A DNA stretch of 64,000 nt from an uncultured virus (IMG/VR IMGVR_UViG_3300029920_000005). Its lineage: Duplodnaviria; Heunggongvirae; Uroviricota; Caudoviricetes. Numbering within the stretch: the stretch's first letter is position 1; every line of letters begins with the position of its first letter. Shown here in pieces: positions 26,680 to 37,010 of this stretch. Where the stretch lies: the IMG/VR virus record IMGVR_UViG_3300029920_000005; one strand, given 5' to 3'. Both the position numbers and the translations under genes were made by a program. Under the pieces are notes generated by a model. That model had not been told where the DNA came from. It did not search any database and saw nothing but the letters and a program-made list of their open reading frames with translations.

Positions 26680-28137
26680 ATGTACAAAACTATTCAATCA
26701 ACGTGGGATCGGGATAAAGATATGCCGCCGCGCGCGTTCCGCCTATCGATGCTGCGGCGCGTACTGGACGGCACGATGTACGACAAACTGCCGCACCCGT
26801 TTCACACCGAATCGACCGGCGCTGATGAATATGTCCCGCTGCGCGACCGGCGCCCGAGCGTCAGAACCAATCTTTGCCGCACTGTGGTGGATGATTCGAT
26901 TGCCCTGCTTTTTTCCGAAGGGAATTTCCCGACCGTAGAGCTGCCGAACCTCGATCAAAAAAAGCAGATGAAACGCCTACTGGATGAAATCGGGCTGAAT
27001 GAAGTCATGATCGACGCGGCGACGCGCGGCAGCGTGGGCAGCATTGCCATCATGCTCAAGGTACTTAAAAACCGAGTTTTCTTGGGTGTCATGGATACCG
27101 ACACCCTGACGCCGGAATGGGATCCGCAGGCGCCAGATACACTGGTGACAGTCGCCGAGCAGTACAAGGTCAGCGGCAAAGACCTTGATGCTGCGGGCTA
27201 TGCCATCCTTGACGACGAGCTTGGCGCCACATTCTGGTTTCGTCGCGAGTGGGACGCGAATGCAGAGACGTGGTTCTGGCCATGGAAGGTCGCAGACGAC
27301 GCCACGACCACGCCAAGCGTCGACAATGAGCGCACCGTTACTCACAAACTGGGTTTTGTGCCGGTCACCTGGGTGAAAAATTTACCCGGCGGTGATGACA
27401 TCGACGGCGCATCGACTATGCACACCGAGGCGATCGACTGTCAGATTGAAGTCGATTATCAGCTGTCGCAGGCTGGCCGTGGACTGAAATTCATGTCCGA
27501 CCCGACCCTGGTGATTACCGAGGACGGGGATAGTGGCAATCAAGGGCCAAGGATCAAGGGCGCCGCCAACGCGCTGATGCTGGACAAGGAAAGCGACGCC
27601 AAGCTGCTGGAAATCAACGGCGCCGGCGTGGCGGCGGTCATCGACTACGTCAAGCATCTGCGCGAGATTGCGCTCGAAACCATGCACGGCAATCGGGCGA
27701 GCAATGAAAAAATTGCCGCAGCGCAGTCCGGCCGTGCCATGGAAATGCTGAATCAGGCCCTGATCTGGCTGGCGGGTAAGCTGCGAATCAGCTACGGCAA
27801 GGGCGCCATCATCGATCTGGTCGCCATGATTGTGCGCGCGTCCGACAAGTTGGCGCTGCAATTCAAGGATGGCACCAAGATAGGAAAATTCGACCAGGCT
27901 GCGCAGATCAGCCTGCGCTGGCCGGCATGGTACTCGCCAACCCTGGGTGACATGCAGGCGCGCGCTGTGACGCTGGGCCTACTCGTCGACAAAGCGCTAC
28001 TGAGCCGCGAGACCGCGATCAAGATCCTCGCAGCCGAGTACGACATCGAGGACGCTGCCGCCGAAAAGCTGCTGGCCGACGCCGATATGGCAGAGCGCAA
28101 TGCAAACGCCACCATTACTGCGACAATCCCGGAATAA
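26680..28137 (+). CDS. Portal protein (SPP1-like)
   Basis: Follows terL; 485 aa; SGRAME motif. Confidence 0.85.
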   Translation: MYKTIQSTWDRDKDMPPRAFRLSMLRRVLDGTMYDKLPHPFHTESTGADEYVPLRDRRPSVRTNLCRTVVDDSIALLFSEGNFPTVELPNLDQKKQMKRLLDEIGLNEVMIDAATRGSVGSIAIMLKVLKNRVFLGVMDTDTLTPEWDPQAPDTLVTVAEQYKVSGKDLDAAGYAILDDELGATFWFRREWDANAETWFWPWKVADDATTTPSVDNERTVTHKLGFVPVTWVKNLPGGDDIDGASTMHTEAIDCQIEVDYQLSQAGRGLKFMSDPTLVITEDGDSGNQGPRIKGAANALMLDKESDAKLLEINGAGVAAVIDYVKHLREIALETMHGNRASNEKIAAAQSGRAMEMLNQALIWLAGKLRISYGKGAIIDLVAMIVRASDKLALQFKDGTKIGKFDQAAQISLRWPAWYSPTLGDMQARAVTLGLLVDKALLSRETAIKILAAEYDIEDAAAEKLLADADMAERNANATITATIPE

Positions 28138-28141
28138 CGGT

Positions 28142-28250
28142 GTCTCAAACTGCAAGTCTCACAAATTAAGGTCTCATAAGTCGGTTTTATTAGGTGTGAG
28201 ACACGATTTTTGAGGCTTTTTCGCAGTCTCAAAACTTAGAAGTGTGAGAC
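28142..28250. repeat. Cluster of six GTCTCA/TGAGAC half-sites (res-like site)
   Basis: GTCTCA at 28142, 28156, 28171, 28226; TGAGAC at 28197, 28245; AT-rich spacers. Confidence 0.7.
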
Positions 28251-28272
28251 TCGCGAAATTACGGAGTAATCC

Positions 28273-29103
28273 ATGGCAAATAGCAGCTCGCAGGCGGAAT
28301 TTATCGTCCAGACCCCCGGAGTGCTCAATGCAGTAGCCGGCGCGGTAATGATGGCGCTGGACCTGAACAACAACCCACAAGCCGCCAGCAACAACAATCC
28401 CGTGCCGATTGTTGATGCATATGACGCGCCCGTCACAGCGACATGGACCGCAGCTACCGCGCTGAATGCCGCAATCGTGCTGGTCACTCAGGGCATGGAT
28501 TCGGTCGCGGTGACAATCCAGCCGAGCGGGACGATTACCGCCGGCGCGATCACTTTCGAGGTGTATGACGGCGCCAATTGGGTACCGATTAAATGCGCCC
28601 GGGAGACGAGTTACAACACCGACAGCACTTACAGCCTGGTAGGGGCTGGCGCGATTCAGGGCTGGACGGTCCCCGCTGCCGCATTCCCACAAGTCCGCAT
28701 CCGACTGTCGACCGCCATAACGGGCACGTCGCCCAGCGTGCTGGTGACTGCAATCGCCAGCAGCGCACCGGATGTCTCTGTCGTGACTGCTGACCTTGAC
28801 CCGCAACAGGCCATGCACCCTGGGGTGCTGACCCTGCAGGCGCAGCAGGTTGTCAACATCGGCAGCGCGTCCGCATCGTCCGCCGTCGTGCAGGCGACCA
28901 CCAATCGAATCGTGCTGATTGCGTCATCAGCGTGCTGGGTGGCCATTGGCAGCGCGCCAAATGCAGTCTATGCCGGCGCCGGGTGTATTTTTGTCCCTGC
29001 CGGTATGCCGCTGCCACCCATCGCTGTGACGGGTGGCGTGACCAAGGTCGCTGTGGTCGAGTCCAGCGCCGCCGGTTACCTATCTATTCTCGAATCCGTG
29101 TAA
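28273..29103 (+). CDS. Hypothetical beta-rich protein, probably virion-associated
   Basis: 276 aa, GGAG RBS, between portal and scaffold. Confidence 0.65.
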   Translation: MANSSSQAEFIVQTPGVLNAVAGAVMMALDLNNNPQAASNNNPVPIVDAYDAPVTATWTAATALNAAIVLVTQGMDSVAVTIQPSGTITAGAITFEVYDGANWVPIKCARETSYNTDSTYSLVGAGAIQGWTVPAAAFPQVRIRLSTAITGTSPSVLVTAIASSAPDVSVVTADLDPQQAMHPGVLTLQAQQVVNIGSASASSAVVQATTNRIVLIASSACWVAIGSAPNAVYAGAGCIFVPAGMPLPPIAVTGGVTKVAVVESSAAGYLSILESV

Positions 29104-29179
29104 TTTCCGAACCACCGGCTTGATGCCGGAAGTCAATCCAGCCCGCTTGATGCGGGCTTTTTCTTTTTGCGAGGGCCAG

Positions 29180-29791
29180 ATGCTCAATCGTCGATTTTTT
29201 ACCCGCCAGACCCGTCTCATGTCCGATGAACCCAGTGCAGCAGCAACGACCGTTACGCCACCCGCGCCCGTTTCGGGTAAGGAGACGTTCAGCCGCGAGT
29301 ACGTGCAAGAACTGCGGCAGGAAAATGCCAGCTACCGCACTCGCGCCCAGGACGCCGAAAAGCGCGCGCAGGAGGCCGCAGATGCGGCAAAGGCCGCGAA
29401 AGAAGCCGCTGATGCCGTGGCAGCGAAAGCGGTGACCGATGCAGATGCTCGCGTCGCCGAAACGCACTCCAAGGCCGAGCAGCGCGTGATTCGCGCCGAG
29501 CTGAAAGCTGAGGCGATCAAGGCCGGCATGGTCGATCTGGATGGCTTGATGCTGGCCGATCTGACCGCCGTGAAGATTGACGAAAATGGCGAGGTCGTAG
29601 GCGCCGCCGAAATGATGGCCGCGCTCAAAGAGTCAAAGCCGTACCTGTTCGGGACGAAGGTCGCCAGCACGGCAAGCCCTGAAAAGCCCCCGAAAAAAGA
29701 AGATCCCAAACCGTTTAACGCCAAAACCGCCACCCCTGAAGAGCTGACGGCGAAAGCGCGTGAGCTTGGGATCACCCTCAAGAAACGCTAA
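29180..29791 (+). CDS. Head scaffolding protein
   Basis: YVQELRQENASYR coiled coil, KPYLF; precedes the capsid gene. Confidence 0.85.
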   Translation: MLNRRFFTRQTRLMSDEPSAAATTVTPPAPVSGKETFSREYVQELRQENASYRTRAQDAEKRAQEAADAAKAAKEAADAVAAKAVTDADARVAETHSKAEQRVIRAELKAEAIKAGMVDLDGLMLADLTAVKIDENGEVVGAAEMMAALKESKPYLFGTKVASTASPEKPPKKEDPKPFNAKTATPEELTAKARELGITLKKR

Positions 29792-29860
29792 GCAGCATCC
29801 GCAAGCCCGTGAGTCCAGACGACGAGGGCAGATAAAACACCCATCGTTTAAGGACTCATA

Positions 29861-31222
29861 ATGCCTCTCAATAATCTACCGACCGCGCTGCAGTCGGTCA
29901 TTCAAGCCGGCTTTCTCGAACATCAATTCGGGCTGCCGCTGAAAGCAAAACTCGGTTTTCGTGAGATTGCCGACCGCGAACCGTTCACGGGCAACATTGG
30001 CGAGACAATCACCAAGACCCGAAGCGGCCTGCTGGCTGCGGTCACCACTCCGATGGCCCCTGCTGCAAACACTGACCTCACCAGCGGCCTGACCCCGCAG
30101 ACCTTCAGTGTTGAACAGTACATCCTGCAGGTGGCGCAGTACGCGAATAACGCGATGCTCAACATCGTGACGCAAAAGGTTGCGATCGCTGACATCTTCC
30201 TGCGCAACGCATGGACTCTGGGCGAACAGGCATTTCGCTCGATCGACACCCTTGCGCAGCAGGCGCTGTACAACACTTACATGGGCGGCAATACCCGGGT
30301 GCGCGTCACCCTGGGCGGCGCCAACGTCACCATTTCGGTAGATGACATTCGTGGCTTCCAGACCACGCTGAACAGCGCCGGCCAGGTCGTTCCGATTTCC
30401 AGTGCCAATCCGGTGAATGCGACTGTCGGCTCCGACGTGTACAGCCTGACGGGCGCGACCGCTGACGGCACGAACGTTTCGACCGCGCCGGGCGGCATTT
30501 CCGGGACGCTGACGTTCGCCACCAGTGTGACCGTTGCCGATGGCACCGCCGGTAACGCCGTGGTTTCTGCTGTGGCCCCGTACGTCATTCGCCCGAGCAC
30601 TAGCTCCGGTAATGTAATGGCGGCGACCACTGCAGCCATCTCCGGCGCGAGCGATATCAACCTCGGCAAGCTGACCATGCAAATGGTCCTTAACGCCAAG
30701 GCCACCATGTCGGCCAATGCCGTGCCGCCGGTGGACGCTACCGGGCTGTACCACCTCTACATCGACCCGATCCAAGCGACCGGACTGTATAACGACCCGG
30801 CGTTCCAGCAGTTCTTCCGCGGTCAAGTTGGCTCGGAAGAATACAAGAAGGGCGTTATTGCCGAAATGCTGGGCGTGCGCATCATCGAGACCAACCTGAA
30901 TCCGGTGCAAACCCTTGCCGGTGTCGGTGTTGTTCGTCGCGGCATTCTGGTGGGTCAAGGCGCGTTGGTTGAAGGTGAATTTACCAATACCGCTTACTCC
31001 GAAGCTCTGGCCGGCGTGGATCGTGACGACCTGATCGTCATCATCGACGGCATTGCTCACGTGACTCGCGAGCCGCTGGACGCGCTGAAGCAAGTTGTGA
31101 CCCAGACCTGGTCGTACATCGGTGGCTTTGTCGTCCCGTCCGATACCCTGGCCAATCCGAACACCATCCCGACGGCCAATAATTCGGCTTACAAGCGCGG
31201 CGTGATGCTGGAATCGTTGTAA
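29861..31222 (+). CDS. Major capsid protein
   Basis: 453 aa after the scaffold; position and composition. Confidence 0.85.
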   Translation: MPLNNLPTALQSVIQAGFLEHQFGLPLKAKLGFREIADREPFTGNIGETITKTRSGLLAAVTTPMAPAANTDLTSGLTPQTFSVEQYILQVAQYANNAMLNIVTQKVAIADIFLRNAWTLGEQAFRSIDTLAQQALYNTYMGGNTRVRVTLGGANVTISVDDIRGFQTTLNSAGQVVPISSANPVNATVGSDVYSLTGATADGTNVSTAPGGISGTLTFATSVTVADGTAGNAVVSAVAPYVIRPSTSSGNVMAATTAAISGASDINLGKLTMQMVLNAKATMSANAVPPVDATGLYHLYIDPIQATGLYNDPAFQQFFRGQVGSEEYKKGVIAEMLGVRIIETNLNPVQTLAGVGVVRRGILVGQGALVEGEFTNTAYSEALAGVDRDDLIVIIDGIAHVTREPLDALKQVVTQTWSYIGGFVVPSDTLANPNTIPTANNSAYKRGVMLESL

Positions 31223-31268
31223 TCAAAGCGGGGCGGTTTAATCGCCGCCCTGTTTTCTGGAGTGAGCA

Positions 31269-31565
31269 ATGGACGAACAAGAACAGATCGACAGCCAAGG
31301 CGTTGCCGAGCAACCCGAAGCGCCGGCCGAGAAGTCGAAGCCAGCGCGCAAAACCAAGAAGTCAGACGTGCCCGAGGCGGGCGCCGAGCAATCCGAAGCG
31401 CCGAAGCGCATTTTTTTTGTGCTGCTGAAGTCGCAAAGCATCGTCACCGAATGTCGGACGCACAAGCTGCATAAGAAGGGCGATGAATTTGACGCCGTAG
31501 ACGACGCCGCAATCATCACCGCACTGGCCAAGGCTGGCGCGCCGCTCGAACAGATCGAGAAATAA
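31269..31565 (+). CDS. Hypothetical head-associated protein
   Basis: 98 aa after the capsid gene. Confidence 0.6.
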   Translation: MDEQEQIDSQGVAEQPEAPAEKSKPARKTKKSDVPEAGAEQSEAPKRIFFVLLKSQSIVTECRTHKLHKKGDEFDAVDDAAIITALAKAGAPLEQIEK

Positions 31566-31567
31566 TC

Positions 31568-31963
31568 ATGGCCTTCGTCCCGTTCGTTTTTACCGATGCG
31601 CAGCTGGTCGATGTGCGGCGCTTCTGCGGCTACCCCGCTTACGGCGATGGCTCGGTCGTGTTTCCGGCGCCGTGGATCATGCGCCAGTACCTCGCGCTTG
31701 AATATCGAATGCAGCACATGGACGTGAACGAGGGCAATGTCGTGGTCAATACGTACCTGACCAACCTTTACACACTGGAATCGGCGATCCCTGGCGCCAG
31801 TGCGAACCTCGATACCGACGAAGCTGCCGTGTGGAAGCACAACAAGCACGAAGTGCGCGACCGGGTAAATTTGCTCGACATGTGGCGCCGGCGCTTGTGC
31901 GACTTCATGGGCGTGCCGCCCGGGCCGAATTTTGGCGGACGCAGTAGCGCGCTGGTGGTGTGA
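31568..31963 (+). CDS. Head-tail adaptor-like protein
   Basis: DVRRFCGYPAYG motif; position. Confidence 0.65.
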   Translation: MAFVPFVFTDAQLVDVRRFCGYPAYGDGSVVFPAPWIMRQYLALEYRMQHMDVNEGNVVVNTYLTNLYTLESAIPGASANLDTDEAAVWKHNKHEVRDRVNLLDMWRRRLCDFMGVPPGPNFGGRSSALVV

Positions 31964-32226
31964 TGGATATCCCGCAGATCGTCATTCCCGACACAATTCC
32001 GCCCGAGATCCGCCTGCCACTGCAAATGATGATCGAAGGCCGCGTCAAGCAGATTGCCCTGGTCATCGAAGACGATGAAGGCTGCATCCACGACATGTAT
32101 TCGAGAATCGACGGGCAGGGCAGCGCCTTTGCGATGGTCGGCGCACTCGAAAATCTCAAACGGGACTACATGCGACGGCACATCGAGTCGCGCATTAAGT
32201 ATGCCGAGCGAGAGGATGACGAATGA
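31963..32226 (+). CDS. Hypothetical protein
   Basis: Coupled ORF. Confidence 0.55.
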   Translation: MDIPQIVIPDTIPPEIRLPLQMMIEGRVKQIALVIEDDEGCIHDMYSRIDGQGSAFAMVGALENLKRDYMRRHIESRIKYAEREDDE

Positions 32227-32870
32227 ACGGCGCAACGATCAACGCGAAGGTCTGGGCGGGCTACGCCAAGGCCGCGAGCATCATTGGCACCGAATACCAG
32301 CACTTCCGGCCGTCGAGCGCAAACTGGCCGCTGTCTGGCATTAATGCTATGGCCAACATGATGGTCAGCCTGAATGCGGACGATCCGAAATTTTCCCGGC
32401 CAGAGGTGTACGGGAAGATGACCTGGTACGCCGTGGCGGATGGTAGCCAGTTGCAGGTCGGTGACTATCTTGTGGGAATCGAGGGGACGCTGTACGTTGC
32501 CGCGCTACAGCAGATGCTGCCGATCTACGTCGTGGACTGCAATCGCACCATCAGCGTGCTGCGGGTCACTCTGGCCGGCGCCAGCGAGGGATTTATTGGA
32601 CAGTCCGGCGACACGACAAGCACTGAGGTCGCACTGATGACCGGGTGGCCTGCCAGCATTCGGCAGGGGTCGAAGGGCGAGAAAAATGAGGTGCAGCTGC
32701 CGACCGATGTCCGGACGCCATGGTGGCAGATCCTGTTGCCATCGTGGACGGGCGTCACGCTGCGCACGTCGGACATCATTATCGACGACCTCGGGCGCAA
32801 ATATCTCGTGTCCAGCGCTGAATTAACCGATATGGGCTGGCGCATCACCGCTACCCAGCAGCAGGTATAG
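32223..32870 (+). CDS. Head closure/neck protein
   Basis: Position; 215 aa. Confidence 0.6.
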   Translation: MNGATINAKVWAGYAKAASIIGTEYQHFRPSSANWPLSGINAMANMMVSLNADDPKFSRPEVYGKMTWYAVADGSQLQVGDYLVGIEGTLYVAALQQMLPIYVVDCNRTISVLRVTLAGASEGFIGQSGDTTSTEVALMTGWPASIRQGSKGEKNEVQLPTDVRTPWWQILLPSWTGVTLRTSDIIIDDLGRKYLVSSAELTDMGWRITATQQQV

Positions 32871-32872
32871 CC

Positions 32873-33718
32873 ATGGCGGACGTTCAGGATGTGCTCAACA
32901 CGCTCGCCACGACCGTGGCGGGCATTCTTTACCCGAATGGCACCGGCGGCGGCAGCGTTACCGGTTCGCCAATCAAGGTCATGACCGGATGGCCAGTGCC
33001 GAACATTTTGCAAACAGACCTGTCTGCCGGCACGTCGCACGTCAGCGTGTTTGAGTCGCCCGGCAGCGAGCGCAATACCACGCGGTACGCGCCAAAAGGC
33101 CATGTCATGTCGATCGCACCAGCGACGATCACCTTAGCCGCGGTAGGTCGCGCGCTAACGGTCGGTGGCGCCATGCCGTCGCCATTTACGCCTGAAAACG
33201 TGGCGGTGATTGTCGAGGGACAGGCTTTTATCTATCCGATCCAGCCGACCGACACGCTGACATCGATCGCAACTGGGCTGTCGTCGCTGATTGCCGTGGA
33301 ATTTCCCGGGACGATCAGCAGTGGCGCCGTAATCACACTGCCAGTCGGCGTCAGCGCCCAGGCCGCCCGTGTCGGCACTACGGGTATCGTCACAACCGAG
33401 TGGGAGCGGCAGGAGCAGCTATTCCAGATCACCGTTTGGGCGCCTGACTCGCCCACCCGGGCCACGATTGGCGCGGCAATCAAGGCTGCGCTGGCGCAGA
33501 TCAACTTTTTAACCATGATCGACGGCTTCGGCGCTCGATGCCGGTACAAATCCAGCCGGCTGTCTGACGAGGTGCAAAACGCCGCGGTCTACCGCCGCGA
33601 CCTGTTTTACACCGTCGAATACGCAACCACGGTCACCGAGCAAGTCGCCACTGTCGTGGCCGTGACCACTACTTACGAAACCGAGGCCGGCACGCCGATC
33701 CTCATCCGGAGCTACTGA
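32873..33718 (+). CDS. Neck/tail terminator protein
   Basis: Position before the sheath; 281 aa. Confidence 0.6.
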   Translation: MADVQDVLNTLATTVAGILYPNGTGGGSVTGSPIKVMTGWPVPNILQTDLSAGTSHVSVFESPGSERNTTRYAPKGHVMSIAPATITLAAVGRALTVGGAMPSPFTPENVAVIVEGQAFIYPIQPTDTLTSIATGLSSLIAVEFPGTISSGAVITLPVGVSAQAARVGTTGIVTTEWERQEQLFQITVWAPDSPTRATIGAAIKAALAQINFLTMIDGFGARCRYKSSRLSDEVQNAAVYRRDLFYTVEYATTVTEQVATVVAVTTTYETEAGTPILIRSY

Positions 33719-33909
33719 TGGCAGACATCCAAGAAACAGTGCAGGCGGCCGAGCAACAGCAGGTCGTCACAAAAACTCACGACCTCGTCGTCGTTCACCC
33801 GTTCGGCAAATACCGTCGTGGGGATGCGATCACTGACGACGCCGAGATTCACCAAGTATTAACCGGTGAGAGTGCGCATCAGGTGCGCCGCGTGTTCGTC
33901 GCGCAATAA
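33718..33909 (+). CDS. Small structural protein
   Basis: 63 aa coupled ORF. Confidence 0.6.
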   Translation: MADIQETVQAAEQQQVVTKTHDLVVVHPFGKYRRGDAITDDAEIHQVLTGESAHQVRRVFVAQ

Positions 33910-33969
33910 CCGCTCAACCATTTTCGATTCAGGCCGCCTCCGGGCGGCTTTTTTTATGGGGAATCCCTC

Positions 33970-35937
33970 GTGATCTATCAATTTGGGCAGATCAACACCG
34001 CTGGCGCGCTGGCGCCTGGCGTTGACGTGCAAATCGTCGCGCCACCGGCCGTTGTTCAGGGCGCATCGACCAGCGGCTATGGGCTTGTCGGCGTGGCGTC
34101 GTGGGGGCCGGTCAATTCTCCGCTGCTCACCGGGTCGCCGCAGGCCAATGCAATGAACTGGGGCAACCAGACCGTGCGCATGCACGATTTGGCGACCGCC
34201 ATTGCCGTCGCGTTCCAGCTCGGTCAGTCCAACAACATCGCTGTGCGCGTCTCTGACGGCACCGATACCGCAGCAACCGCCCAGCTGCTCGACGGCTCGG
34301 CGGTCAACGGTGCGACGATCACCGGCATGTATACCGGCGTTCTCGGTAATCAGCTGGTCGCCACCGTTGGCGCGGGCACGCAGGCCAACAGTAGCAAGCT
34401 GACGCTGGCGCTGCCGGGCTTCTCCGGCGAGGTATACGACAATCTCGCCCAGGGCGTGGCCAGTGGCACCGTCACTGCCGGCACGGGCTTCACGTCGACC
34501 CCGACCGTCAGTATCTCCGCCCCGCAAGCGGCTAACGGCCAGCAGGCCACCGGTTCGGTGTCGCTCAAGGTCATTACGGCCACCAAGAGCAATGCGGGGT
34601 CGGGTTACGTGACCGGCGATACGATCACCCTGCAGAATGGCGTGATCCTGACCGTGACCGCCACGGCTGGCGCCATTACCGCGCTGACCGTGACCAATGC
34701 CGGCAATATCGCTGGCGGCGCAGCCCCGACTAATCCGGTTGCTCAGCTGTCGACCTCTGGCGTCGGTGTCGGCGCCACTGTGACGCTGGTCTGGGGTCTC
34801 GGCGTATTTACACCGGGCGTGATCGGTAGCGGCTACACGTCTGCCACCGCAACGCTGAATGGCGGCGGCGGAACGGGCGGCGCAATCGCACTGACCACCA
34901 GTGTCTGGCCGAATCTGGTCAGCGCGGTCAATAACGGTCAGTCCGGTGTGCGCGGCCCGTCGCAAATCGCCATTGCAACCATCGGAACCTCTGCTGCCGT
35001 ACCCGCATTGGCGTCGTATACCCTGTCTGGCGGTACTGATGGCGCGGCCGGCGTAACCGACACGACCCTGCTGGGCTCGAATACCGCACCACCGACCGGC
35101 ATGTACTGCCACCAGTCGACCAACGTCCAGACCTTGAATCTCGTCGACCACCAGACGTCGAGCCAATGGAGCGCTATCGGCGCGTTCTGCCTGCTGAATG
35201 GCATTTTCGGTGGTGGCAACGGCACTCCGGGACAGACGATTGCCTCGACAGCTGCGGCACTCAACACGGCCGGCGTCGATAACTACTGCTTCAAAGATCT
35301 GACGGGCGACTGGGTCTACTGGCAGGACACGGTCAATAACGTGCAGCGAATGCTGGCGCCGATGACGATCTGGGCGCCGATGCGCGCAAACATGGCGCCG
35401 AATCAGTCAACCCTGAACAAGCCGGTCAACGGCATCATCGGCACTATCCGCAGCGCGGCGAATCAGCCGTATTCGGACGCCGAGCTGCTGGCCGCGTGCA
35501 ATGGGCGTGTCGACATGCTGGCGAATCCGTCGGCTGGTGGCAATTATTTCAGCTTCCAAACTGACCGCAACACATCCAGCCAGGCCGCAACAAACTCCGA
35601 AGCCTACACCACGATGACGAACTTCCTGGCGCTGACGCTTGCCGCGAATTACGGGTTTGCCATCGGTAATCCGCAAACCGGAGACTTGCGAAAGGATATT
35701 ACCGACTCACTGAGCGCGTTCCTTACCGGACTGTGGAAAGTGAGCAAGTACATCGGCAACGTCAACGCGCCGAGTGCGATCCCATTCAAAATTACTCTAA
35801 ATGCATCGAACAACCCGAATAGTCAGGTCGCGCTCGGCGTAATGAGCGCACTGGTGCAAGTGACCTATCTGTCAATTGTCCGCACGTTCCTGATCAGCCT
35901 GCAGGGCGGATCGAGCGTTCAAGTCACCGTCCAGTAA
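33970..35937 (+). CDS. Tail sheath protein
   Basis: PGVDVQ...GLVGVASWGPVN, LSGGTDG; 655 aa. Confidence 0.9.
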   Translation: MIYQFGQINTAGALAPGVDVQIVAPPAVVQGASTSGYGLVGVASWGPVNSPLLTGSPQANAMNWGNQTVRMHDLATAIAVAFQLGQSNNIAVRVSDGTDTAATAQLLDGSAVNGATITGMYTGVLGNQLVATVGAGTQANSSKLTLALPGFSGEVYDNLAQGVASGTVTAGTGFTSTPTVSISAPQAANGQQATGSVSLKVITATKSNAGSGYVTGDTITLQNGVILTVTATAGAITALTVTNAGNIAGGAAPTNPVAQLSTSGVGVGATVTLVWGLGVFTPGVIGSGYTSATATLNGGGGTGGAIALTTSVWPNLVSAVNNGQSGVRGPSQIAIATIGTSAAVPALASYTLSGGTDGAAGVTDTTLLGSNTAPPTGMYCHQSTNVQTLNLVDHQTSSQWSAIGAFCLLNGIFGGGNGTPGQTIASTAAALNTAGVDNYCFKDLTGDWVYWQDTVNNVQRMLAPMTIWAPMRANMAPNQSTLNKPVNGIIGTIRSAANQPYSDAELLAACNGRVDMLANPSAGGNYFSFQTDRNTSSQAATNSEAYTTMTNFLALTLAANYGFAIGNPQTGDLRKDITDSLSAFLTGLWKVSKYIGNVNAPSAIPFKITLNASNNPNSQVALGVMSALVQVTYLSIVRTFLISLQGGSSVQVTVQ

Positions 35938-35997
35938 CCGTCAATCAACCCATGAAGCCCGCCTTTGCGCGGGCTTTTTCTATTTCAGGAGCCGCAA

Positions 35998-36438
35998 ATG
36001 GGGGCACCCAACAGTTTTAACGTGGGCCGCGACGGGTATCAGCTGACGATTATCGATTCGTTGCTCGGCCCGATCACGTTCGACGGCATCACGTCGTTCT
36101 CGACCAAGCCCGCGATGGTCAAGCTGAAAAGCGTGAGCATTGACGGCCGCATTCGTCATCGCGTTATTCCCGACGGCCACACCGGCACGATCGAGCTGGA
36201 TCGTCAGGACTCGTCGTTCGATACCTATTTCGCCGCGCAGGAAGCCGCCTACTTCGCCGGACTGGCGCCGAGCGACATCTTCATTACGCACACAATTCAA
36301 GAGCTGGACGGCACCACGTCGCAGTTTCAGTACATGGATGTCACTCTGATTCCGGACGACGCCGGCAATTGGAAAGGGCAGGACAAAATCACCGAAAAGC
36401 TGACCTGGGAAGCGGGCAGCAAAATCCAGCTGAGTTAA
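35998..36438 (+). CDS. Tail tube protein
   Basis: 146 aa directly after the sheath. Confidence 0.8.
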   Translation: MGAPNSFNVGRDGYQLTIIDSLLGPITFDGITSFSTKPAMVKLKSVSIDGRIRHRVIPDGHTGTIELDRQDSSFDTYFAAQEAAYFAGLAPSDIFITHTIQELDGTTSQFQYMDVTLIPDDAGNWKGQDKITEKLTWEAGSKIQLS

Positions 36439-36441
36439 ACC

Positions 36442-36840
36442 ATGACCAAAGTCACAGTAAGACCCGATCGTTCCGCCCAAGCTGGCGCCGCTTCAACGCC
36501 AAGCGAGCAAATCATCCAGGGCGTGACCGATGAATTTGCCGTTGAGGACTCCAACGGGCGCCAGATCACGCTCAAAAAGCCTGGCATTCTCGCGCAGTAC
36601 CGCCTGATCGAAATGATGGGCGAGTCGGCCAAGAATCAAGTCTACATGGCCATGGTTCTGCCGATCCTCTACGTCACTGCGATTGACGGCGCCCCGGTCC
36701 CGCCTCCGGCCAAAAAGTCGCAGGTTGAAGCGCTGATTTCCCGCCTTGACGACGCGGGCGTTGATGCAGTGATGACTGCCATCAATGAGCGCTTCGGCGC
36801 GGCCAATCCGGATGAGGATAAAGAAGCCTTAAAAAAGTAG
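36442..36840 (+). CDS. Tail assembly chaperone (G)
   Basis: Ends in the slippery A AAA AAG just before its stop. Confidence 0.8.
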   Translation: MTKVTVRPDRSAQAGAASTPSEQIIQGVTDEFAVEDSNGRQITLKKPGILAQYRLIEMMGESAKNQVYMAMVLPILYVTAIDGAPVPPPAKKSQVEALISRLDDAGVDAVMTAINERFGAANPDEDKEALKK

Positions 36841-37010
36841 TTCAGGCCGGCCCGATCCGCGAGGCGCTGTGGCTGGTCAAGCACAATGTCCCGTTCGACG
36901 TGGCGTTCCAGCTGGACGACGTCACCCGGGCGGGCTGGTGCATCATTTTTTCCGAGATGGAAGGGCAGACATTCGATTTCAACGCGATGGATTTCAAAAA
37001 GGCTGAGTGA
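36831..37010 (+). other. -1 frameshift site and GT extension
   Basis: AAAAAAG 36831-36837; the -1 frame is open: VVQAGPIREALWLVKHNVPFDVAF...KKAE*. Confidence 0.8.

Noticed and set aside
28142..28250. Mini CRISPR array
   Set aside because: Repeats are 6 bp, in both orientations and irregularly spaced; no cas genes
29876..35166. Long minus-strand ORFs 29876-31093 and 33859-35166
   Set aside because: Antisense to capsid and sheath genes; typical high-GC shadow frames
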